Shown here in pieces: positions 53,008-64,000 of a DNA stretch of 64,000 nt. How positions within the stretch are numbered: position 1 is the first letter of the stretch; the number at the start of each line of letters is the position of its first letter. The notes beneath the pieces were generated by a model that saw only the letters and a list, made by a program, of their open reading frames with translations, searched no databases and had not been told where the DNA came from. The position numbers and the translations under genes are program-made. The stretch lies in the NCBI GenBank assembly GCA_964016885.1, contig OZ024742.1:117862001-117926000 (forward strand), read 5' to 3'. Source of the DNA: Eledone cirrhosa (taxonomy: Eukaryota).

Positions 53008-53879
53008 CAGGGTGCGGATGGTATTTGAGGACATGCATTTTTAGTCACTATTTTATTTGACTAATTTTTATTGAACTTCTATTTCAGAAAATAACAATGA
53101 AAATAACTGAGCTTACTAATGAAATGAAAAGGCATGTTGTGATTGTGGCTTTGAAGGCTAAGCATGGGGGTTTAGAAATTTCTCGTTTTCTGAAAGTTGC
53201 AAGATATTTTGGCCACAAGATTCGGTGTGAGTTAGAGAAAGAAGATGGAAGCGCATTACCTGTATCAAAACGTAAAAAAACATTCCAAACGTTCTGATTT
53301 TATCAGGACACCTGAATTTATTCAGGAAGTTAAGCAAAACATTGATGACAATCCAGGAAAATCAATGAGGTCAATTGCAAAAAAATTTTGGTGTGTCAGA
53401 AAAAACAATCAGAAATGTTGTGTATGAAGACATCAGATACAAATCTTACGTGATGAGGAGAGGTCAATTCATGTCAGAAAAAAACCAAAGAAAACCGTTT
53501 AATCAGATCCCAAAGACTTTTGATCAAACTTAAAAATCCATCAGAAGATGGTATGATTTGGATTTTCTCAGATGAGAAAAACTTTGACCAGGACCAGAAA
53601 GCTAACAGAACAAATGACAGGTGGCTATGTGTAGACCATTCTCAGGTTCCAAGAGTAATGCACACAGCATTTCCTGCAAGTGTCATGGTTTTGGGTGTTG
53701 TTAGCAATGAAGGACATGTGATGCCTCCTCACTTTTTTCCACAAGGCCTTAGGGTGAATGCTGGTGCGTATATTGAGGTTCTGGATAAAGTTATTTAAGC
53801 CTTGGATCAACAGTGTTTTTAAAGCCATAAATCAACGTTTTTTAAAGCCATAAATCTGTCCTCAAATGCCGTCCGCACC

Positions 53880-53882
<3 letters not shown>
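53008..53882 (+). mobile_element. Tc1/mariner superfamily (maT/DD37D-like) transposon, internally deleted
   Basis: 26-bp TIRs cagggtgcggatggtatttgaggaca / tgtcctcaaatgccgtccgcaccatg in (TA)n; FSDEKNFDQDQK.NR.NDRW and VMVLGVVS.EG motifs. Confidence 0.9.
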
Positions 53883-53953
<71 letters not shown>

Positions 53954-54016
53954 ATGTATATATTTATATATATATAGATATATGTATGTACACTCAATAT
54001 ATGTGTCATACGTATA

Positions 54017-54068
<52 letters not shown>

Positions 54069-55749
54069 GGTGCGTGTGTTCATGTATTTGTCTAAAGAAT
54101 TAGTCGAACTAGAAAATAGTAAAATATATTTTGCATGTTAGTCCACTCTGCATAACAGCACGTGCACTGGAAGGGCATTTTCCGTATGACGTCATTTATG
54201 TCATGTGGAAAAGTGCTTGCAAAAATATATTAATAAAATCATGCCAACTCTGTAGTATGGACAACGTGTCTCAGTATAGTTTCAATTTGGAATTTAGCCA
54301 TGTCTGATGAGATTTAAATGATAAATATGTTAGAACAAAATTTTGAAGTAGTGCTGGTACTGGAATTTAAGAGATAGCAGCACTTCTTACGATGAATACA
54401 GCTGTTGCTTTAGTAGCTAGCTATTATAGGTGGATGCTTTACTTGAAATATTTTCACACTTTACTGTTTTAAGTTCAAGTGAGGCTTCTAAAGATATATT
54501 TTAACATTAACGTCGATACGGTAGGTCCCATTAGTGTATACGCTTTTAAACTTTGGTGAAGAAACTATAGTTAATAGTATTAATAAGTAAAAATACAAAA
54601 TTTGGAAATAGTCAGTTGCAACCATCATCAAGCAATATTCCTATCCAAGGCAAATCGATTTCGTGGTGCCCAATCCTATTAGATATAAACCCATATTTGC
54701 GATATCTGGTCAAATCTATTCAGCAAGATTGAGAATTAAACGTCATGGACTCAATGCAGTGTGGTGACAAAATTTCTAGTTTATCAACAAAACAGTCTAC
54801 GAGCCAAATCCCAGCACCACATATATCTATGAGTACATTTCAATCTCAATGTTTCAGTCCAAAAGAAATATATGACACCTCTTCTATAGAAAAATGAGGC
54901 ATTGTACAACAATGAGTTGGCGAGAATACAGTATGTTAATGAAGTATTTCCTATCTGCACCTTCCCCTTGAAAGTACTAGTTATTGTTAGAGTGTCAGTA
55001 GATATGGGAAACATTTCTTAGCAGGTATCAGATACTAGACAGCACAGAAGTCCACATTGCATCGTCCACATCATCTAATTTTAAATTTCGTTTTCTTTTT
55101 TCCTAGCTGCTCTTCTTTATCGAATACAGATTTCATTGTTTTTCATAACCATGAAGACCTACCAGGAAGTTAACAGCAACCCAAGAGCTTTGGTTTGTTA
55201 TTCCATCAATGGATTTGACTGAATGACGAGAGCGTCAGATAAAATGTTTTACGGCATTTAGTCACTTTCTGAGTTCAATTACTTTAAGAGTTATCATATT
55301 CTATCGAATATGACGTACCAGTCAAGTATTTGTGTCAGTTTAACCCACTAAGTCCTACCCACAAATTTCAAACTTTGCACTTATGTCAGGAAATATGATT
55401 TTGCGAATGTTAAATTAGGAAAAACAATTACAAAATATAAAAAGTCAATCTGCTGTTAAATTTTCACCCTTACACGCAGACATTCAATTCCCTCAAGTGT
55501 GTTTCAGTCTTCATGCGTGTGCCCACGTTAGTGATATTACGCTTAATCTAGTGCAGGTGTTTCAGACCACCTTCGTATATTTCGTGACAACTTTTCGGAA
55601 GTAAATTTAACCCCAATAGGCTTTGTTTATTAATTTGAGTTTACATCTATACCGTAATGCAGCAACTGTTCAAATAGCAATAATAGTGCAAAAAAAACTT
55701 ATCTCACTTATTTATGAACAACTAATGATGCATAAATACTGGTACTTTA

Positions 55750-56000
55750 AACAAATACAGTCAGTCAATGCGAACACATCAAACAATGACACTTTTCAGC
55801 AACCATTTTGGAAATTCTTGATGCACTGGTTTAAAGAACACCAGCACTTCATTTTGATGACCATCTCACTAATGTCGAGAATCCTTCCTTTCTCACATAG
55901 ACAAATAGTAACAAGTGTTACAATGATTGCGAAAGCTCGCTTAATCAACACACACTGAAACAGTTAAATTTGTGACGAACAGTTATTGAGTTTTAAAGAC
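55750..56000 (-). pseudogene. Possible hAT-Charlie transposase C-terminal relic
   Basis: Minus strand VTICLCEK..GFSTLV resembles F.TTYLCE.GFS.L. Confidence 0.4.
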
Positions 56001-56636
56001 CAATCCATCTTTATACTAGTCATCATGATTAATGTCATCAAATCTAGGTTTTCATACCATTAAAATAATAATTGAATTTGTTCTTTAAAGTAACTAGCTG
56101 CTGAATTTAGAAATCTTATCACGACTTCCGTTCACTTTTCAATCCTCAAATTTACCACTGGGCACTGAAAGAAAATGTTATGTCCGTTAACACCGAATTT
56201 CTTCTTCTAAACAAAAAAATTAAATACATATTTCTAATCAAGACGCAATTTAGTACACACGGTCTAGCAAAGACCAATAAAGAGAATGACTGGCAAACTT
56301 TCAAGTTTTTTTGTTAATTTTTATCTTACCTTTTTGTAAATTTTCATCTTATTTTGTCATTAATTTCTTGAAATTAGTTTCTGAATTACACCACTTGCAA
56401 CGCGTTAATTAAGAAATATAAAAATATAAAATACAAATAGTAAAGTACAAAATAATCGGAAAAAAATAAGGCAGTGTCTTAAACAAAATAAAATGATTTC
56501 AAATTTTCTTTCAACTTTTAATTATAATTGAAAAAATATATACAAATTCAGAATTAATAAGCTTTATCCTTTGTGTAGGCGAAATTTGCCCCCAGGCTTG
56601 GAACCTCTAATCTAGTGGAAAAAGTCTAATTAATTG

Positions 56637-56817
56637 ATAATTGTTTCTACTTTAGGCACAAGGCCAGCAATTACACAGTGCATTACTGGTACTTTATTTT
56701 ATCGACCCCGTAGGGATGAAAGGCAAAGTCAACCTCGGCGGGATGTGAACTCAGATCGTAAAGGGACGTAACTATGCTGGAAAGCATGGCGTCCGACCCT
56801 CCACCGATACTGCCAAT
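56637..56817 (-). mobile_element. Meta-type SINE
   Basis: Family match. Confidence 0.9.
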
Positions 56818-56898
56818 GATAATACTATGTGATGAGAAGAAAACATTAGATCAATGACTGATATTAACCTATTCTGATTTTCGCAAGAATATGCGACA

Positions 56899-56937
56899 AC
56901 TTCGGATATTTTCGGATTTATACTTCTTCAGCGAAGT
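56899..56937 (-). ncRNA. Minimal type I hammerhead, slightly decayed
   Basis: ACUUCG-CUGAAGA-A-GUAUAAAUCC-GAAA-AUA-UC-CGAAGU with a perfect 6-bp stem I. Confidence 0.6.
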
Positions 56938-58139
56938 AAAGTCTTCCCTGTACTTGTCACATTGGTGATGAGAGAATCACTATATTAATATAAAATAACC
57001 TACACATAATAACTAAAGGACGTATGATGGTATTAACTTGACTGTTATTTCCATGCGGATGGCATCTCTAAGTAATTTCTTTTAGTTATGATATGCTTTA
57101 GCGCTTACACAGGCACATTTTCGTACATCAGTATAGTGATTCTTTTATTATAAATTTGGCAAATATACGTCCATACATGACTGATGAGGTCTAATAGCAT
57201 TGAAACATATCTGGAGTTGTCACTTGTACAATTAGATATTTTCCCCACTATATTAAGTATAGTAGCACTCACTTGATGTGCGGATGGCATCTTAGACTAA
57301 TTTTCATTTCATTTTTCCTATATACTTCTTTCTCAATATCAAGTCGTTTATTGTTTGTTCGGCTCCATTCAGCTACAAAGAGACTTCTTTTTTCCCAGAA
57401 TCTGTACAAATATCACTACTGAATGGGATTAAAAAAACTGCATGTCAATTTGCTGAGGTGACTGACAAAACTTTTCCTTTATTGTTTGCAGGAAAATGAA
57501 CAAATGAAACTATACATTTATCTCCAGGTGACTTTCAACTCACATTGTGTAATATGCATTTTAACTTACAGTCGTAAAATAGCACTTACAAAACTGTCAG
57601 CCTTCAACGAAAACAAGAGATATACGATGTAGACTAACATCCTGTGGTTCACGTTTCTAGTTCTCCAATCACACAACACTTCTAGAAACAAGTGAGCAGT
57701 CAGACAACTAGCCGTCTGTAATAGCAAAAAGAATTAAATATATCACTATCGATTGTTTGTTGTATGGCCGTGTGTCTTACGAGGATCTCTTCCATTTGGG
57801 ATTGCTAACGAACAATTAACGACTTTTCCACATTTTCATTTAGGTTTTAATTTTGATTTTATTTCATATTTATTTCATATCAAAAATTATTTCTTAAAAT
57901 CTAAATTTTCTCCTTGAAAACAAATCACTAAAAACTAAGAACTTCATTAAAATCCAAAGTAAGATTAGAGCTACACATTCTTAAGCAAAGAGCTAGCATT
58001 TAGTCTGAATGAACCATTGTCTCATACATAAATATGGTTGAAATATATCTGATCCAGTCTTGAAACGTTAACTGAATTATCCATTATTTAAACTATCATA
58101 CCCCTTGGAACATCAAGCATAAGTAGTAATAGAGTCACT

Positions 58140-58490
58140 GGCTGGGAAGAAAAACTTAACAACTCCCATCTGTAACAACAATGGAGCTAAAGGCGAGCGA
58201 GGCACAGTCCCCCGGAGCAGATACAAACTAGGCAGTGTGGAAATGCCTCAACAGATTAAGATCTGGTGTTGGTCGTGCAAAAATCAATCTGGCAAAATGG
58301 GGATATTTAAAGGATGGGGACATTGTATGTGACTGTGGCACCTCCTGATATGGCCTCTGCTGGGACACCCCTGCACAACATTGGACTTGGCAGAGTTTAA
58401 TGAGAAAGGACAGCAATGTGTTAAGCTGTGGCGGAACCACATCTAGCCAAGTTTTGTAGCTGACACTTGCGGGCACGTTAAGAAGAAGAA
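58140..58490 (+). mobile_element. Vingi/Ingi-like LINE 3' end
   Basis: PPGA....VWKCLNRLRSGVGRAKINLAKWGY.....CDCG followed by an (AAG)n tail. Confidence 0.75.
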
Positions 58491-58801
58491 TTTAAACTAG
58501 TATTTGAAAATCATTTCTTTCATACAAATACATGTTTTAGTTGTGTCATTAATTATTACAGAGGTTTAGAATTTCCTCCTCTTCGTCCACTTTCTATCAT
58601 CAGAATGTTTCTCTCTACACTTTCTTTCCTTCTCCTCCTCTTTCTTCTCGTATCATCATCCTCAACACAAGTGCTGGCCTGGCGTGGGAAAAGCTGTATT
58701 TTTGTATAATAATATTCAGTTTTCGTTCCTTTACTTTTTTAGTTCAAATTCCACCACGATCATCTTTGTCTTTCACTCGATCAGTCTCCAGGATTGATGA
58801 A

Positions 58802-58985
58802 ATAATAATTTCTAACTTAGGTACACGGCCAGCAATTGGGTGTGAGGAAGGGAAATTTGATTATGACGACCCCAAATGGATAAAAGGCAAAGTTGACCTC
58901 GGTAGGATTTGACTTCAGGATGTAAAATGTAGGAACAAATACTGCTACACATGCGTCTGATGCTTTAACGACTCTGCCAACAGAC
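58802..58985 (-). mobile_element. Older Meta-type SINE
   Basis: aaaggcaaagttgacctcggtaggatttga. Confidence 0.75.
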
Positions 58986-59990
58986 ATAACTATACTCAGC
59001 ATGACAATATATCTGCATGTACTATGGGTAAACTAGTTTCAATTCTCTTCTAGAACAACTTCACAAATTTTGTCAATGCCTTTAATAAAAGAATGAACTC
59101 CACAAACCCTTATTTTCCTTTCCAGCATATCTAATTTTTTTTATACACATTAAGAAATTGTATGGGGAAAATGTAGTCTATGACATTTGTGTTTTCGACA
59201 AAGAAAACCATAACTGTTTCCTCTCGGGTCAGAACGTCCTTGAGTTGTATTTATCTGATGCTATTAATATAGACGGTAAGATTTCCTAAGAGTGCTGGCA
59301 ACCATACACACATTGTGAGACGAAAATATGTTTTAATCAATTGAAATTATAACCGCAATGAGAAGAAAACGCATTGCTTTAATGAAAATTACTCTCAAAG
59401 GATACAGAAGAAAGAACTCATAAACTTCAATTGACAAAAAAATTAGATTAATTTTTTTCAAAGAAGTGAGTCTTTGGTGGTTATTATGACATTTTCAGAT
59501 ATGTTCAGTTTTACTGGCTATGCACAGTGAAATATAATCAACACAACATTTTTAATGTATTTGGAACACACAGGAAGAAATTGAATTTCAAAGGACAGTT
59601 ATTGTTGTTATAAAAGACAACATATAAGTGTTGTAAGGTTAGCAGAGAGAAATTCAGATCATGTGGCAAGAATTAGTAGAGGAATAATGTTTGGTTCAAG
59701 TGGAGGTGAAGGACGAAAGGAAAAACAGAGGACACAGCAGTAGAGAGAAGATATTTTATTTATTTATTTATCTATTTATTTATTTATATATATATATTTA
59801 CCTCAGCTGTGAACAATAGCATCTTTGTTTACAGCTTTTCAATTCGTTCACTGCATTTCTGATGGCGTGTTATAAGGAAGCGTCTGTAATTCGCTTGAAG
59901 TGCACCGGTTTTTCGCCGATGTTTATATTCTTAGGTAATAATTTATTTACATCATTGAAAAATATGAAAACATACACACCAGCGCATTCT

Positions 59991-60140
59991 CTATACACGA
60001 CGGGCTTCCACACATTTTCCACCATTCATAATCTCCTCACATGGTATTCGTCAGCCATGGTAGAAAAATTTAATGTTCCATGCTGTGAGATCGAATCTGG
60101 AATCAAGTAGTTGCGAACCAGATCTTTCTAAATACACATT
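59991..60140 (-). mobile_element. Degenerate CORE-type SINE
   Basis: cacgacgggcttccacaca...gagatcgaatctggaatc (B box on minus). Confidence 0.5.
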
Positions 60141-61451
60141 CTCACTTGTTCCCGTGCCTTACAAGACTAAATCTATTAGTCAAAGGTGACGTATTTTGCT
60201 CTTAATTACTGGAATAATATATATTTCACCATTATTTCAGCACTACTCCACCACTTAAGCTTCGTTTCTTAATGAGATATGCTTACAAATATATAATAAC
60301 TAGAAACCTTCAGATTTGAAGTGATTTCCTTCAAATTCTTACCATAGAATTGCAAATTTATATTTGTTACAGTATTTAACGTATGTGGGAGAAAGAAGGT
60401 AATAACTTCTATTTTAGCTAGGGATGCTGTTGGACAAGTAGTTTATTGAATAAATACGTCTTGTTGAAGAGGAAGATTACTGTTGAAGTCTTTGGAAATT
60501 AATGACATTCTCAATGACGCGATACAATTGCAGTGAAATAACGATAGTTGAAAATGGAGACTGATTCACAGATTTACTCAGCTGGTGTTTATTTTAAGCT
60601 GTAAGGTGTTAGCCGACATAATTTTCATTAGATCAATTACTTTGGTTATTCATTTCTAAGAGATAACATGCCAGAATACAAAAGGTGTTTGACAGAGTCT
60701 AGATAGATTAAGTACATTTATTATATGTATTCACTTTCAGTCCCTTTCTTTTCCCGTTAAAATTATGTTGTTGTGTCAAAGGTTCCTTTCATTTCTCTGT
60801 TGTCCGATAAGACAAAATATCGACAGTATACCAGAACTTCGTCTTTTAGCCAGCCAAATCAAATATTAGAATTAATAGTTTCAAATAGTAATATCAATAG
60901 TATATGAAATATATATTTATTAATACAATTTTCATTTTTTCAAATGTTTGCATAAGTATTTCTTTTATCCAAAATATAGCGGATTCTGGTGAAATAACCA
61001 TAGATATAAAATAAATATAAACATGAATATACCGGAGTTTGATTTGAGGGGAGAAGTTGAGGTGGAAAACTAACAACAAACAGGTTCAATAAATAACAAC
61101 TTATATGCTACAGAAGTTGTAAGTAATTATAATGTACTAACAAGGATTGTTTTACTACTCGAGCTGTACCAACGTCTAGTTTATTTCTTCTATCAACAAG
61201 AATAGTACACCTTTGTTGTTTTTTGTCGGTAACAAACTTCAAGAGGTTGTTTATTGTTACAACCAACACCTGTAAACATTAGTCGGAGAGAATGAATGTA
61301 ATTTATCTCCCTGTCCACATAAGCGGCTACCATTTAAAAGGAATGTGTGTAATAATTAATATATCACTCAAATAAGTATAAAGATATCAGACCAACAGTG
61401 TACTTCGAAACATTATATCAAACACGTAAACAAAACTAAAAATAAACATTC

Positions 61452-61832
61452 TAATTCTTTCTAACATTGGCACAAGACCAGCAATTTGGAGAAAAGGAAA
61501 AAGTCGATTATATCGACCCCAGTACTTATCTGGTAGTTTATTTTATTGACCTCGGAAGGATGAAAGGCATAGTTGACCTCGGCGAAATTTGAACTCAGGA
61601 CAGAGAAAGTCGTAAATAAATAGCGCAAAGCATTTTGTCTGACGCTCTATCGATTCTGCCAATCCACTACGTTCAACTAAACTTAGTAATTATTTTTACT
61701 TTTGGTACAAGGCCAATTATTTGAAGGGAAAGAGGGAAGTCGATTAAATCGACCCTAGTGTGTTACTGGTACTTTATTTTATCGATTGCGTAAGGATGAA
61801 AGGCAAAGCTAACCTCGGTGGTATTTGAACTC
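61452..61832 (-). mobile_element. Two adjacent Meta-type SINEs (61452-61670, 61688-61832)
   Basis: Family match twice. Confidence 0.85.
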
Positions 61833-61882
61833 ATTAATTAAGCCTTCTGATGCATGTGTACATCGTCAATTCATGCGCACAC

Positions 61883-61928
<46 letters not shown>

Positions 61929-62179
61929 AAATACACACACACATACTCAGACACAGAAATACACACGTACACATCTATATATTATTGCACTGATGTGCAT
62001 ACATGCACAGTTATAAAGAACTCAAAACTAGACAGATATGATTTTGATAGTTTGCCAGATTAAGCAGCGTGAATCGTAATCTTCAAATGTCTCTTCAGGT
62101 TGATTTAAACTACAGGCATACATACATACATACATACATACATACATACATACATACATACATACATACATACATACAT

Positions 62180-64000
62180 TTGGAGAAAAATATGGAGTGA
62201 AAAGAAGAATTTCAACCAAGATGCAGTGTGGCTAAGAGAAATCCGAAAGAACTACTGCTCCTACACTACAACAAAAAACATACGAAATAAGTGAGGGTAC
62301 CCTTGAGACTGTGATAGGAAAACTCCAAGACAAGAAAACACCAGGAAGAGACATGATTATTGGCTACTGGTACAAAAAACTGATATTCTATCGGAGGTAT
62401 CTTACTGACCTCTACCAACAAGTTCTTATATCAGAATGGTTGACATTAGCACAAACATTACTGGTCCCCAAGAACAAAGACACCCACTTGGCAAAAAACT
62501 ACCGACCCATTGCATGCCAGAACCTGATGTATAAGATGTATACAGCCTGCCTGAACCTATTCCTCCAAGATCACTGTGAAAATAATAACATCATCACAGA
62601 TGAACAAGTAAGGGAAAGAAAGGGGTTTAGGTATGTGCTAAACAACTCCTAATCAACAAAACTGCGATGTCGGAGGTGCGACAACTTAGGAGGAATATGA
62701 CTGGCTGGACTACAGGAAAGCTTTCGATTCTGTTCCCCACTCTTGGATGATAGAGGCCCTCCAATTTGCTAAAGACCCAGACATTAATGTCAGAGCCATA
62801 GAGAGGCTGTCTTCTTCTTGGGCTACTATCCTAAGGTTAAAGACAGAGAGGGAGGCCTCTATTTTCACTGATAAAATAAAAATGTTGCAGGGGTATATTT
62901 CAGGGGGACAGTCTCTCTGTGATATTATTCATATTGTCATTAAACCCCTTGTCCTTTCTGCTCAAAAAATGTGAGGGATACATCATTGGCTCACAGGAGG
63001 ACAGAAATACGAACCTAACCCATAATTTCTTTGTGGACGATCTGAAACTCTATGCCAAGAACATGGATGGGATGAAGAAAAATCTTGACCTGGTTACAAC
63101 GTTCTCAAAGGATATAGGAATGGAGTTTGGCCAAGATAAATGCTCATACATGACTGTAAAGCGGGGAAAAACAACAACCCAATCTAGCAACATTGTTATC
63201 AAAGGCCTAACTGTTTCACCGATATCTGATGAGGACTGCTACGGATATCTGGGGATAGATGAGAACATATCCTATCATGGTACCTGTAATAAAGAATGCG
63301 TAACCAGTGAATACTACACCCGATTAAGAAAGATCTGGTCATTGGAACTCTCTGCGCAGAACAAAACAGTGGCTCACAATGTGTTTGCTGTGCCTGCCCT
63401 AACACCAACGTTTGGAATACTCAGTTGGACGATAGACGAAATCTGAGCAGTTGATGTTGGAACTCGAAAAATACTGAACAACACCGGAAACTTCCACATC
63501 AACAGTAACATAAACCGCCTTTACTTGAAACGTAAGCAGGGAGGCAGAGGCCTAACATCAGTCCAGACAACATTTGAATGTCGCATCATATCTCTCCGAC
63601 AACATCTACGAACCTCGAAGCGTAGGAGCCCGTTTCTCGAGCAAGTCTATCTGCATGAAACAGATAAGATCATGAGAGTTGGGAAGGAACTCCTCGAGAG
63701 ATATTCCCTGTGTGATAATCAAAAACTCATACCCAGGGATGTCGCTTAGCAGTATCGCAGTGAATCCATGGATGAAAAACTGCATGCCTATCAGCAAAAG
63801 ATCATGCCATGGATATATTGCCAGAAAGCTCCAGAGTGAGAGTAATATAGATAAGGAAAGTAGTCTATCTTGGACCAACAACCGCTATATTGGCTCCCAC
63901 TTTGAAGGATACGCTTTTGCAATCCAAGAACAGGAAATTAACACGAAATACCTGATTCACAAAAGAGATAGGGATGCAGGCAAAACACCTAGATGTGATA
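62180..64000 (+). mobile_element. 5'-truncated second copy of the (ACAT)n-associated R4/Dong-like element
   Basis: Near-identical to 8170-9700; starts immediately after (ACAT)n 62117-62179; runs off the window end. Confidence 0.93.

Overview
This is eukaryotic, transposon-saturated DNA with no recognisable host gene. The tRNA-derived Meta-type and CORE-type SINEs, Penelope relics and dense microsatellites suggest an octopod cephalopod (inference). Almost all ORFs in the track are retroelement fragments or microsatellite artefacts. The window holds Tx1/L1-clade LINEs, R4/Dong-like RLE LINEs sitting in (AAT)n or (ACAT)n tracts, several RTE families, I-clade and Vingi relics, Penelope-like (PLE) fragments, Helitrons, mariner/Tigger/maT/hAT DNA transposon relics and about 15 SINEs. 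The most notable signal is a set of type I hammerhead ribozyme motifs in small non-coding elements embedded in (TA)n. The best case is an ORF-less 468-bp head-to-tail repeat (11681-12792) with one hammerhead per unit and an inverted 5' partial copy, which looks like a retrozyme or PLE-derived circular-RNA parasite. Also notable are an apparently (ACAT)n-targeting R4/Dong family with a co-resident RTE-derived non-autonomous element, and two LINE insertions with twin-priming-type 5' inversions. All coordinates and folds were read by eye; no searches were run.
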